This document shows, piece after piece, positions 1-9,130 of a DNA stretch of 37,555 nucleotides. The stretch is taken from positions 1 to 37,555 of the IMG/VR virus record IMGVR_UViG_3300020042_007729; one strand, written 5' to 3'. The notes under the pieces are model-generated. The model searched no databases. It was not told where the DNA came from and saw nothing but the letters and a program-made list of their open reading frames with translations. Within the stretch, counting starts at the first letter, position 1. Every line of letters begins with the position of its first letter. Source of the stretch: a virus (lineage: Duplodnaviria > Caudoviricetes). The translations under genes and the position numbers were made by a program.

Positions 1-163
1 AGGGGATCCAGGGGCCTGCCGGACCAGCAGGAGCCGACGGGGCGGATAGCACCGTGCCAGGGCCACAAGGACCGCAAGGGATCCAGGGGCCTGCCGGACC
101 AGCAGGAGCCGACGGGGCGGATAGCACCGTGCCAGGGCCACAAGGACCGCAAGGGATCCAGGG
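1..163 (+). repeat. 75-bp coding tandem repeat (25-aa collagen unit), copies starting at 21 and 96
   Basis: The unit GGACCAGCAGGAGCCGACGGGGCGGATAGCACCGTGCCAGGGCCACAAGGACCGCAAGGGATCCAGGGGCCTGCC matches the copies at 37360, 37435 and 37510. Confidence 0.95.
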
Positions 164-770
164 TATCCAGGGAGAGACCGGCGCTACGGGACCAACCGGA
201 CCAGCGGGAGTGGCCAGCAAGGCCTACCAGGCGCTGGGATCCGCGATCAAAGCAGAGACGGTGAACTTCCCGCTGCAGATCTGCAACGTTTCAAGCAACC
301 TGACCGACGCGCAAGTGAGATACGCGGCCGTCTACCTGGACCAGGCAGCAACGCTGACCGGCGTGCGGGTTTACGTGAGGGTGGCCGGAGTTTACACCGG
401 CGACCAGGTGAACGGCGTCGCGCTGTACAGCTACAGCGGAGGCACGCTGACCAAGGTGGCGGAGAGCGCCAACACGTCGACTCTGTGGACGGCAGCGGCC
501 AACGCGATCCTGAGCATTCCCTTCACCGGGACCTACGCAGCGGCAGCCGGTGTTTATTTCGTGGGCCTGCTGTACAACCAGAGCGCCCAAACCACAGCAC
601 CTGCCCTGGCGACAGGCACCGCGCTCAACAACGCAGCGATGGCCGCGCTCGGATTTACCAATTCAGCAAAACTGTACGGAACCGTCAATACACAAACCAC
701 GCTACCCGCGTCACAGGCAAGCTCCGGGATCACCGCAGCGACAGCCCCAACCTGGGTGGCCCTATACTAA
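1..770 (+). CDS. Collagen-like fibre protein, C-terminal part (gene starts at 37234 and crosses the circular join; about 363 aa as assembled)
   Basis: Gly-X-Y repeats ([22 protein letters not shown]) are followed by a beta-rich globular domain of about 180 aa. Stop TAA at 768-770. Confidence 0.85.
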   Translation, partial: GIQGPAGPAGADGADSTVPGPQGPQGIQGPAGPAGADGADSTVPGPQGPQGIQGIQGETGATGPTGPAGVASKAYQALGSAIKAETVNFPLQICNVSSNLTDAQVRYAAVYLDQAATLTGVRVYVRVAGVYTGDQVNGVALYSYSGGTLTKVAESANTSTLWTAAANAILSIPFTGTYAAAAGVYFVGLLYNQSAQTTAPALATGTALNNAAMAALGFTNSAKLYGTVNTQTTLPASQASSGITAATAPTWVALY

Positions 771-775
771 GCAAC

Positions 776-1483
776 ATGGAAAGAAAGTTTTTAGACATGA
801 AAGCCCTGGACATCGACACCAAGAACCGCAAGGTGAAGGTAGCGATCAGCCGCATGGCCGCAGAGGACCGGGACAAAGACACCATAGACTTTGGAGCTTT
901 TGACCTGACCCTGGCCGCCAAGGGACCGAAGGGAGCCAACGAGATCTGGCACCTGACCGACCACGGCTGGCGGATAGCGGACTCGGCGCTTTCAAAATAC
1001 GAGGAGATGGGCATACAGGGCGACCTGCTCTACGGCGTGGCACCCTACCGGGATAGCTGGCTTTGGAGAGAGGTGGCGTGGCCGCTATACGAGGCCGGCG
1101 ACATCAACCAGCACAGCATCGGATTTAGGATCGTGCGCAGCGAGATGAACGAGCAAACCGGGATCCGCAACATTAAAGAGATCGAGCTGTGGGAAGGATC
1201 CGCGGTCCTGTGGGGCGCGCAGCCGGACACGCCCGTGATGGAGCTGGTTAAAAGCCATTTCCAGAACCGCAAAGAAAGCTACGAGGACCGCCTGGGCTGG
1301 ATCATCAAAGCGATCAAAAGCGGAAAATATAAGGAGGACGAGAGCCTCCTGGTTTTAGAACTGAAAGAACTGGAGAGTTTCAGACAACTAGCAACAGACC
1401 GAAAGGGCAGCCAGACGCAGGAAACTGACATGGCCACGCAGCAACTGATGCTCGGGATGAAAACGATCCTGATGAAATACTGA
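776..1483 (+). CDS. HK97-family prohead protease
   Basis: Motifs DRDKD, HSIGF and ELWEGSAVLWGA, directly upstream of the capsid gene. ATG 776 is preferred over the track start at 485, which overlaps the collagen gene. Confidence 0.88.
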   Translation: MERKFLDMKALDIDTKNRKVKVAISRMAAEDRDKDTIDFGAFDLTLAAKGPKGANEIWHLTDHGWRIADSALSKYEEMGIQGDLLYGVAPYRDSWLWREVAWPLYEAGDINQHSIGFRIVRSEMNEQTGIRNIKEIELWEGSAVLWGAQPDTPVMELVKSHFQNRKESYEDRLGWIIKAIKSGKYKEDESLLVLELKELESFRQLATDRKGSQTQETDMATQQLMLGMKTILMKY

Positions 1484-1516
1484 CCATTTTACGCAACCCC
1501 CAAAAAGCAATAAGCA

Positions 1517-2683
1517 ATGAAGGACGAATTAAAAGAGTTTCTGGACCAGGTGGACCAGAAGCTGGCCAAGGGCCAGGAGAACGCAGCCGCGCTGCAGCAG
1601 CAACTGGCCACAGAGGCCAAAGCAAGGACCGAGGAACTGGGCGCTACCGTGAAGCAGCTCAGCGAGGACCTGGCGAAAAAAGACATCACGATCCAGGAAA
1701 TGCAGACCAAGGTGCTGGATTTCATCGCCAAGCAAGGCAAGCTGGTACCCGGCGAAGGCGGAGCAGGCGAGGATTACAAGGACGTGGGCAGCATTTTCGG
1801 CCACATGATCGCCAAGAACGTCGGCGCTTTCGCGGACGTTTTCAACAAGAAAGGCCTGAGCCTGGAGCACAAGGTCGTGGGCGACATGACCACATCCGGT
1901 AACCACACCGGCAATAGCTTGATTCAGCAGTTTCAGCGCCCGCCGATCGTTTTCCCACAGTTCCGCCACATGAGGAGCATCCTGAACGTGATCCCTTCGG
2001 ACGCGCTCGTGGTTGACTACCCAAGGGAGAAAACCACAGACGGCGAGGGATCCTTCGGCCCACAGACCGAAGGCAACACCAAGGAGCAGCTGGATATTGA
2101 CACGGAGATGGTGAACCTGATCCTGGATTACGAAGCGGGCTACGCCACGGTAACGAGGCAGATGCTCACCAACGTACCCTGGTTGCAGAACTACCTGACC
2201 CGCAAGCTGACCGAGAAGTTCTACCGCAGGGAGGACATCAAAACGCTGAACTTCATCCATTCGCTGGCGACCGCAGCATCAACTTCCGCTACCGTGGTGG
2301 CAGAAGCGCTGATCGACATGATCGCCCAGGTGGACGGTTACGGTTACAGCTCCAACGGGATCCTGACGACCCCGGCACATTGGGCATCGATCCTGAAAAC
2401 AAAGCCTTCCGATTACAGCATCCCAGGTGGCGTAGCCATCAGCCCAAGCGGCGAGATCCTGATCGGCGGCCTTCCGCTGTACAAGCACCAGAGCGTGACG
2501 ACAGGCAACCTGTACGTCGGCGACTGGAACGCCTACTACATCGTTCAGGGCGGAGCGTTCAACATCCGCACGTCCGAGCACCACAGCGACAACTTCACCA
2601 AGAACAAGGTGACCTTCCTGGCTGAGACAGCCATAGGCATCGCCGGTGAAGCAGCACAAGCGGTGGTGAAGAAAACGATCTAA
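1517..2683 (+). CDS. HK97-fold major capsid protein with N-terminal coiled-coil delta domain
   Basis: 388 aa with a helical N-terminus and motifs EGNTK, VTRQML, IGGLP, YVGDW and DNFTKNKVTFLAE. Follows the protease. Confidence 0.93.
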   Translation: MKDELKEFLDQVDQKLAKGQENAAALQQQLATEAKARTEELGATVKQLSEDLAKKDITIQEMQTKVLDFIAKQGKLVPGEGGAGEDYKDVGSIFGHMIAKNVGAFADVFNKKGLSLEHKVVGDMTTSGNHTGNSLIQQFQRPPIVFPQFRHMRSILNVIPSDALVVDYPREKTTDGEGSFGPQTEGNTKEQLDIDTEMVNLILDYEAGYATVTRQMLTNVPWLQNYLTRKLTEKFYRREDIKTLNFIHSLATAASTSATVVAEALIDMIAQVDGYGYSSNGILTTPAHWASILKTKPSDYSIPGGVAISPSGEILIGGLPLYKHQSVTTGNLYVGDWNAYYIVQGGAFNIRTSEHHSDNFTKNKVTFLAETAIGIAGEAAQAVVKKTI

Positions 2684-2710
2684 GGCCAGTTTTTAACAGC
2701 CAATAACCAG

Positions 2711-2741
2711 GGGCGGAGGCCCGTAAGCCTTCGCCCTTTTT
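2711..2741 (+). terminator. Rho-independent terminator after the capsid gene
   Basis: GGGCGGAGGC-ccgtaa-GCCTTCGCCC followed by TTTTT. Confidence 0.8.
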
Positions 2742-2754
2742 AAAACAGACACAG

Positions 2755-3309
2755 ATGCCCATAGGCAGTTTTTCGACCTTTCGCGACGTGGTGCGGATCA
2801 TTTTGCTGAACAGCCCCAAGACGGTGCTGGATTTAGGCATTGGGCACGGCATTAACGGCGCGGGGATCCGAAACTGGCTGGACGTTGGCGTGCAGCCCTA
2901 CAGGACCAGGATCGAAGGCGTAGAGGGCCACAAGCCCTACCGCTCACCGCTCTGGGACTGTTACGATCTGGTGCACGAGTGCACGATTCAGGAATTCTTC
3001 CACAGCGACAGCCGAGCCTGGGAGATGATCCTGATCACCGACGTGATAGAGCATTTCACAAAGGAGGAGGGCCTGCTGATTTTGGAGCAGTGCAAAGCCA
3101 GGCTGGTGCCAGGAGGCAAGCTGGTCGTGGTCACGCCCGGAGTTTGGATCGAGCAGGGAGCCGCCTACGGCAACGAGCTGGAGACGCACCGGAGTCTGTG
3201 GACCGCGGAGAACTTTAGCAGCACGGGATTTTTCATAGCCAAAGACGGGAGCCTGGACGACATGGGCTACCGGATGATCGTGGCTGAATACACCAAAAGT
3301 AGACGATGA
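2755..3309 (+). CDS. Class I SAM-dependent methyltransferase (small-molecule/glycan type)
   Basis: Motif I VLDLGIGHG, DVIEH and LVPGGKLVVVTP. No DNA-methyltransferase DPPY or PC motif. Confidence 0.85.
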   Translation: MPIGSFSTFRDVVRIILLNSPKTVLDLGIGHGINGAGIRNWLDVGVQPYRTRIEGVEGHKPYRSPLWDCYDLVHECTIQEFFHSDSRAWEMILITDVIEHFTKEEGLLILEQCKARLVPGGKLVVVTPGVWIEQGAAYGNELETHRSLWTAENFSSTGFFIAKDGSLDDMGYRMIVAEYTKSRR

Positions 3310-4337
3310 GAAAAACAAAAATTTTAGCAGCCGTTCACCTTTACCCGCCACAGCACCTATGCGGCGGCGAGATGTACCTGCACAACCTTTTAAAGCACCT
3401 GCAGGCCCGCGACTGCGAGGTCCGGGTGCTGCTGCTGAACGCCCGTTTTTACGGGATCCGCAGCGTTTACACCTACGACGGCGTCGAAGTTTTCCCCAAC
3501 GAGCGGGAGGTTATTTTGAACTGCCTGAAGTGGGCCGACACCCTGGTCACGCACCTGGACTACACCGAGGACGTGATCGAGTACGGCAGCATTTATAAAA
3601 AGCCGGTGGTGCACCTGGTGCACAACAACCACAAGCGAGCCGGGATCCAGGACGCGCTCAGGGCGCAGTACGTGATTTACAACAGCGAGCACGCGAAGGC
3701 CAGCATTGGCTACAAGCACGAAGGGATCGTCCTGCACCCACCTTGCGACTACCGGAAATTTGACGACGGCCAGGACCACTACAGCCAGGAGCACGTGACG
3801 CTGATCAACCTGGACCACAACAAGGGCGGCCACATTCTGGCCAAGATCGCAGCCGCGATGCCGGAGCAGAAGTTTATCGGCGTGACCGGATCCTACAGCG
3901 CCCCGGCGAAGTACGGCCAGCACACGCAGCAACCCGCCAACGTGACCGTGGTACCGAAGCAGGAGAACATACGCGGCATTTACGCCAAGACGCAGATCTT
4001 GATCATGCCAAGCGAATACGAGAGCTGGGGCATGGTCGCCACCGAAGCCATGGCCAGCGGCATACCGGTCATTAGCACCGGAGGGCCAGGCCTGAAGGAG
4101 AACTGCGGCAAGGCTGGGACTTTCATCAGCGACAGAGACGACATCGGGGCCTGGGTCAAAGCGATCAAAGCGCTCCAGGATCCGAAAAAATACAAGAGCC
4201 AAAGCGCACTAGCCCGCAAGCGAGCCAGGGAACTGGACCCGCTCCAGGAGCTGGACGCCGCGGCGGAATTCATAAAGAGTGTTCGTTTTTATTCTCAGTC
4301 TACACGGGGCGCGGTTTCCACCGCAGCCTCCCTTTAA
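3306..4337 (+). CDS. GT-B fold glycosyltransferase, family 4-like
   Basis: Motifs YPP..GGE, HLVHN, YNSE, KGG and the GT4 signature MPSEYESWGMVATEAMASGIPVI. ATGA overlap with the methyltransferase. Confidence 0.9.
   Translation: MRKTKILAAVHLYPPQHLCGGEMYLHNLLKHLQARDCEVRVLLLNARFYGIRSVYTYDGVEVFPNEREVILNCLKWADTLVTHLDYTEDVIEYGSIYKKPVVHLVHNNHKRAGIQDALRAQYVIYNSEHAKASIGYKHEGIVLHPPCDYRKFDDGQDHYSQEHVTLINLDHNKGGHILAKIAAAMPEQKFIGVTGSYSAPAKYGQHTQQPANVTVVPKQENIRGIYAKTQILIMPSEYESWGMVATEAMASGIPVISTGGPGLKENCGKAGTFISDRDDIGAWVKAIKALQDPKKYKSQSALARKRARELDPLQELDAAAEFIKSVRFYSQSTRGAVSTAASL
4306..4336 (+). terminator. Hairpin, possible weak terminator, at the end of the glycosyltransferase gene
   Basis: GGGGC-GCGGT-ttcc-ACCGC-a-GCCTC followed by CCTTTA. 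Confidence 0.45.
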
Positions 4338-4348
4338 ACCGGAGCCCT

Positions 4349-4495
4349 ATGGAACGAGAGCACATAAAAAAACGACGCCTGGACCTGCCAGCAAAGCAGA
4401 TCCGAGAGCACATAAAGAAACAGGACCGTAAACACACAGCCAAAGATGAACAGACTACTGCAAGACCCCGAGATACTGACCGACCTGGCAAGTGA
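4349..4495 (+). CDS. Small basic hypothetical protein (48 aa, not in the ORF track)
   Basis: MEREHIKKRRLDLPAKQIREHIKKQDRK...; REHIKK occurs twice. GGAG lies upstream and the ORF fills the gap before the connector gene. Confidence 0.5.
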   Translation: MEREHIKKRRLDLPAKQIREHIKKQDRKHTAKDEQTTARPRDTDRPGK

Positions 4496-4994
4496 GCCGG
4501 TGACGCTGGAGGAGGCGAAAGCCTGGATGGCGACAACCGGGATCACCACGGAGGACGACATCGTGACCGAGCTGATCACCACAGCCAGGATCGCCCTGGA
4601 AAAATACTGCGGGCTGAGCTTTGGCGAAAAGACGATCGAAGCCTGGGTCAGCATTTCCGACGGCCAGGAGCTGTACCAGCTGCCCTACGGGCCGGTGACA
4701 GCGATAGACGAGATCGTGCAGAACGTCGCCTTCGCGGATCCACAGACGCTGACTGCAGGAGACGACTACGAGCTGGTGGGCGGCCAGCTGAGGCTGCGCA
4801 CGGAGGGCATTTTCAAGATCACCTACACAGCGGGCTACACCGCGCTGCCAACGGATCTGAAAAGCGATATCCTGCGGATCGTTGCCTGGTTTTACCAGAA
4901 CCGGGGCATACGCTACGAGGCCAGCACCGAGCCTCTGCCTTTCCCAGAGTGGATGAGCCTGAACGCAAACCGATACCAACAAACCGTGATCTGA
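4446..4994 (+). CDS. Head-tail connector protein (HK97 gp6 / SPP1 gp15-like)
   Basis: Motifs EPVTLEEAKAW, LITTARIALEKYCG, LPYGPV, ITYTAGY and FYQNRG. Confidence 0.88.
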   Translation: MNRLLQDPEILTDLASEPVTLEEAKAWMATTGITTEDDIVTELITTARIALEKYCGLSFGEKTIEAWVSISDGQELYQLPYGPVTAIDEIVQNVAFADPQTLTAGDDYELVGGQLRLRTEGIFKITYTAGYTALPTDLKSDILRIVAWFYQNRGIRYEASTEPLPFPEWMSLNANRYQQTVI

Positions 4995-5434
4995 TGCCAA
5001 AGGGATTTACCATACAAAGCGATTGGACGACCAGGCTGGCCAAAAAGCTCAGAGCCCTGGGGCCTGAGTACGGCGACATCGTAGCCAACGAGATCGCGGA
5101 CACGGCGCTGCAGATCGAGCGCACCGCGGCCAGGTACGCGCCAAAGGACTTCGGCTTTTTGAGCAACAGCATCAAAGCCGAACAGCGCTCCGGGCTGGAG
5201 TGGCAAGTGACCTGCCAGGTGAAGTACGCCGCCTATGTGGAGTTCGGCACCGGCACCGCGGTGGAGATTCCACCAGGACTGGAGCAGTACGCTAAGCAGT
5301 TCATGGCACCCAGGCCCGTGAAGCGGGAGGTGAACCTGCCAGCCAGGCCGTTCTTTTTCCCAGCCTACCGGGCCGGGATCCAGGACTTGAACAAGCGGCT
5401 GAGGGAAGAAATCAAAAAAGCCGGGAAAAAATGA
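4994..5434 (+). CDS. HK97 gp10-family neck/tail component
   Basis: Motifs APKDFGFLSNSI, YAAYVEFGT and PARPFFFPA. ATG 4994 overlaps the upstream stop (TGATG). Confidence 0.88.
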   Translation: MPKGFTIQSDWTTRLAKKLRALGPEYGDIVANEIADTALQIERTAARYAPKDFGFLSNSIKAEQRSGLEWQVTCQVKYAAYVEFGTGTAVEIPPGLEQYAKQFMAPRPVKREVNLPARPFFFPAYRAGIQDLNKRLREEIKKAGKK

Positions 5435-5862
5435 AGGACATAGGAGCAACCATACGGACCGTTTACACAAGCCTGCTGAGCGCGATCACCTACGGCGGCC
5501 AGGCCGTGCCATTTTTCACAGCGGAGCCCTGGGCGACCACGCCGGACTATTTCATCGTCCTGCAGAACATCGAACAGGGAGAGGAGAACAACGACCAGCG
5601 GTACGTGACCAACGCCACGGTGACCCTGGACGTGATCACCAAGCAAAACATGGCCAACAGCCGGGACGCGGTGGACGCGATCGCGGACCAGATCCTGGCG
5701 GCGCTGCTGCCGGGCACCTACGTGGACCGGAGCACAACCGACCACCAGGTGATGATCAGGAGCGTGAGCAGCCCAGGCTACATCAGCAGCCAGAACGGAT
5801 CGGTCCGGATCCAGCGGAAAATTTTAATCATTGATAACCATTTAATACAGAAAACAACATGA
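5431..5862 (+). CDS. Tail terminator/completion protein
   Basis: 143 aa, located between the gp10-like gene and the tail tube, with ATGA overlaps on both sides. Confidence 0.65.
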   Translation: MKDIGATIRTVYTSLLSAITYGGQAVPFFTAEPWATTPDYFIVLQNIEQGEENNDQRYVTNATVTLDVITKQNMANSRDAVDAIADQILAALLPGTYVDRSTTDHQVMIRSVSSPGYISSQNGSVRIQRKILIIDNHLIQKTT

Positions 5863-6290
5863 GCGAAGTAGCAGGCAGGCTGGTCCCCTTGAAGGTTTCC
5901 TTCGATGGCGGATCCACATTTAAGACGCTGGTATGCCTCCAGCAGTTCGATGAGAGCATAGACGTGCCAATCGACACCCAGGAGACCGACTGCGGCCAGA
6001 TTTCAGCGCCAGGAACACCGGGAGCAACCGTGAACTTCCAGGCGATCTGCGAGACCGAGCCGAGCGTTTCCCAGGCGTCGCTGAACGATTGCAAGCTGGC
6101 CGCGAAAAACGGCACAGCGGTGGTCATTCAGATAGCCAGCCCGGCAGCGGGATCGCTGACCGAAGGCGAAGCATTTTTCAGCCAGTACGATGCCTATTTC
6201 AGCAACGTCACCATGACGAAGCAGACAAGCCAGGCTATCCAGTTCAGCGGCACGCTGAGCAGCACCGGAGAGCTGGACTTTGAGGCCTAA
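5859..6290 (+). CDS. Tail tube (major tail) protein
   Basis: 143 aa, beta-rich, ending in IQFSGTLSSTGEL. Directly upstream of the chaperone and tape measure genes. Confidence 0.75.
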   Translation: MSEVAGRLVPLKVSFDGGSTFKTLVCLQQFDESIDVPIDTQETDCGQISAPGTPGATVNFQAICETEPSVSQASLNDCKLAAKNGTAVVIQIASPAAGSLTEGEAFFSQYDAYFSNVTMTKQTSQAIQFSGTLSSTGELDFEA

Positions 6291-6317
6291 GACTAACGAA
6301 CAACCAACACAGTAGAC

Positions 6318-6752
6318 ATGAGCAGCGGATACATTCAAGCGAACATTCTTGGTCGCCAACGGGGCCTGAAATTCGGGTCCCTGGCGGCGGAGAACATCAT
6401 GAGCGAGCTGGTGGCGCTCGGCATTTCCACCGGAGGCAGCTACAACAACGCGATGCTGACCGTGATCCTTTACTGGGGACTTTTCAACAACGCGTTCGCC
6501 AAGCGGGAGACCCTGGACGTGGACATGGACCAGATCGAGGACTGGGTAGACGAAAACGTGCAGGACCCAGAGACGGGCAAGGTGCTCGAGCAGATCGTGC
6601 GCACCTACGAGGAGAGCCGGGCCAGCAAGCTGGTCCTGGAGACTTTGGAGAAAACGGTGGACGAGGTAAAAAAAAAGATGGCGGAGATCCAGACGACACC
6701 ATCGACATCACGAAACCGGAAGGCTGGGAAAAGCTCCGCGGATTCGCCCTAG
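6318..6752 (+). CDS. Tail assembly chaperone (lambda gpG-like)
   Basis: Lies between the tail tube and tape measure genes and contains the in-frame slippery heptamer A_AAA_AAG at 6671-6677. Confidence 0.8.
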   Translation: MSSGYIQANILGRQRGLKFGSLAAENIMSELVALGISTGGSYNNAMLTVILYWGLFNNAFAKRETLDVDMDQIEDWVDENVQDPETGKVLEQIVRTYEESRASKLVLETLEKTVDEVKKKMAEIQTTPSTSRNRKAGKSSADSP

Positions 6753-7036
6753 CCAAGCTCGGGATGACCAGCCAGGAGTACTACGACACCACGCTGGGCG
6801 ACCTGATGCTGGCACACCACGTCTACCAGGAGCGGGAGGCGGAGAGCTGGAGACGAACACGGAGCGTCATGTTCACGATGGTCCGCCTATGGGGAGACCC
6901 GAAAAAAATGCCAGCGTCGGCTGAGGCCTTCTTTCCGCTACCCGGAGACAAGACCGAAAAAAGCCCGCTGGACCTTTCACCCCAGGAGCAGAAACAACTA
7001 TTTGAGGACCTGCGAAAGCAGGGCTGGCAAGTTTAA
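6677..7036 (+). CDS. Tail chaperone frameshift extension (gpT-like), reached by -1 frameshift
   Basis: The -1 frame is open from the slippery site (DGGDPDDTIDITKPEGWEKLRGFALAKLG) straight into ORF 6764-7036. Confidence 0.8.
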   Translation, partial: DGGDPDDTIDITKPEGWEKLRGFALAKLGMTSQEYYDTTLGDLMLAHHVYQEREAESWRRTRSVMFTMVRLWGDPKKMPASAEAFFPLPGDKTEKSPLDLSPQEQKQLFEDLRKQGWQV

Positions 7037-7045
7037 AACAACCGG

Positions 7046-9130
7046 ATGGATCAGGAACTTAAAATAGTCATAAAGGGCGACGTGGTCCAGGTAACCAAGA
7101 GCCTGGACGAGCTGCAAAAAGAATTCCAGGACCTGGAAAAACAGCTCAAGACCAAGACCGGCGCTGCCTTCATCGCGGCCAACAAAGAGCTGGACCGGCT
7201 GAGCGAGACGATGAAGAAAGTAAAGAACATCGGTCGCACCGGGTTTAACGAATTTGGCGACGCGGTCCAGGGCGCAGGCAAGAACGTAAAGGCCGTGGGC
7301 CAGGCGGCAGCGGGAGCAGCCCCGGCGCTTAACAGTTTAGGCCAGGTGGCCAGGGACCTGCCGTTTGGGTTTATAGCGATCCAGAACAACCTGCCGATCG
7401 TGGCGGATCAGTTCGGAGCGCTGATCAAGACCAGCGGCGGGGCGGGATCCGCGCTGAAGGCGCTCGGAGCCAGCCTGGTCGGGCCCGTGGGGATCAGTTT
7501 CGCCATTGGCGTGGTGATCGCCGGCATTACGGCCCTGATCCAGAAGTACGGATCCTTCGGGGCCGCGATCGACGCGCTGATCAAGGGCGGCGACAAGCTA
7601 TACCAACAACAGCTGCTGCTGGCCAAGGTCAGCGAGGAGGCCAACAAAGCGGCCGGAGAGGAGATCGCACAATACAAATTTTTAGCGCAGACCGCAGCCA
7701 ACGCCGCGCTGCCGCTGACCGTGCGCAAAGACGCGATCAAGAAACTGCAGGAGCAGTACGGCGCTTACCTGAGCAATTTGACCCAGGAGGATATTTTGAA
7801 CGGGAAACTGGCAGCCAGCACCGACCAGGTGACCCAGGCCCTGCGCAACAAAGCGCTGGCCCAAGCCGCGGTGGCCAAGGCCGGAGAACTGAGCGCAAAG
7901 CAGCTGGACTTTTTGGAGCAGGAGGAAAAGCTGACCGCAAACGTTACCCGCCTGCAGACTCGGCAGAAAAACGAGCGTGGCAAGTTCAGGAGCACCCAGG
8001 GCGGCACGGTGGATATCGCCGCGGAGACCCAGCGGACGATTGACGCAGAGACCAAGCTCAGGGACGCCGTGCGCAAGAGCCGGATAGAGGTGGAGGCGCA
8101 GATCGACGCGCTGTTTAAGCGGGCACAGACCGCCAACGCGGCCGCGGGAGCAGGAGCCATCGCCCCAGGAAAAACAGAGGCGGAGCGGGCCAAGGACGCT
8201 AAGGACGCTACAGACAAAGCCGCCAAGGCCGCAGAGGAGCTGCGCAAAAAGCAGATCGCAGCGGAGAAAGAACTGCTCGAGATCCAGACTACGCGCCTGG
8301 AGAAAGAGCTGTCCGGGATAGGCACGATCACCGACGCCTACCTGGCCCAACAGAAGAAAATAGCCATTAACAAAGCCAAGATCCAGATACTGGGAGCCGA
8401 CACCGAGGAGGCCAAAAAGCAGATCAGAGCGGGCCTGGAGGAGACGCTGACCGCGATCACGGACGAGTTTAACTCGGGCCGGATCCGCGCGGGCCGGATC
8501 GACTTTGTGAGCCTGCTGGACGTGGACCCGGTCGAAGGCGCAAAGCGACTAGCCGCCCTGCTGAAAAGCACCACAGCGGACGGTTTCGCCCAAGCGACAT
8601 CGACCCAGGGCAAGGTGAGCGGCAAAGTGCAGATCTACCCAAGCGAGCAGGTGCAGAAAGACATCGCCAACCTGGACCAGACCAAGGCCAAGGTCGCAGA
8701 GATCAGCAACACCTTCAACAGCGTGCTGAACCCAGCGATCGATGCCGCCTTTGGCGCGCTGGAGCAGGGCAAAAACGTCATACAAGCGATAGGGGAGAGC
8801 TTTAAGCGCCTGATCGTGCAGATCGGGGCAACGATACTAAAAGCCGCCATACTGGCCGCCATTTTAGCCGCTACGGGCCTAGGGGCCCCGTTTGGAGCGG
8901 CCGCGGGATCCAAGGGGGCCTTCGGCAAGATCTTTAGCGGCCTGCTGGGCATCGGCCAGGTGGCGGCACCAAGCGGCGGGTTTGCCGCCTCCGGGATACA
9001 GGCCCCAACATTCGGCCAGGTGCAGCCCGGAGGTTTCACGGTGAACGTGACCGGCCAATTTATACAACGCGGACCGGACCTGGTGGCATCGATTAACCAG
9101 GCCAACCAAACCATAAGGAGGACCGGATGA
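7046..9130 (+). CDS. Tape measure protein
   Basis: 694 aa, Ala/Gly/Lys-rich and helical, with QVARDLPFGFIAIQNNL and hydrophobic stretches. Follows the chaperones. Confidence 0.9.
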   Translation: MDQELKIVIKGDVVQVTKSLDELQKEFQDLEKQLKTKTGAAFIAANKELDRLSETMKKVKNIGRTGFNEFGDAVQGAGKNVKAVGQAAAGAAPALNSLGQVARDLPFGFIAIQNNLPIVADQFGALIKTSGGAGSALKALGASLVGPVGISFAIGVVIAGITALIQKYGSFGAAIDALIKGGDKLYQQQLLLAKVSEEANKAAGEEIAQYKFLAQTAANAALPLTVRKDAIKKLQEQYGAYLSNLTQEDILNGKLAASTDQVTQALRNKALAQAAVAKAGELSAKQLDFLEQEEKLTANVTRLQTRQKNERGKFRSTQGGTVDIAAETQRTIDAETKLRDAVRKSRIEVEAQIDALFKRAQTANAAAGAGAIAPGKTEAERAKDAKDATDKAAKAAEELRKKQIAAEKELLEIQTTRLEKELSGIGTITDAYLAQQKKIAINKAKIQILGADTEEAKKQIRAGLEETLTAITDEFNSGRIRAGRIDFVSLLDVDPVEGAKRLAALLKSTTADGFAQATSTQGKVSGKVQIYPSEQVQKDIANLDQTKAKVAEISNTFNSVLNPAIDAAFGALEQGKNVIQAIGESFKRLIVQIGATILKAAILAAILAATGLGAPFGAAAGSKGAFGKIFSGLLGIGQVAAPSGGFAASGIQAPTFGQVQPGGFTVNVTGQFIQRGPDLVASINQANQTIRRTG

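Noticed and set aside
21-163. DST in the collagen repeat as a host O-glycosylation sequon
   Set aside because: The host system acts on exported proteins and this protein has no signal peptide. ADSTVPGP is a common phage collagen motif.
485-775. N-terminal extensions in the ORF track (485, 4949, 26926, 29945)
   Set aside because: They overlap upstream genes or regulatory DNA. Recognisable domains begin at ATGs 776, 4994, 27046 and 30032.
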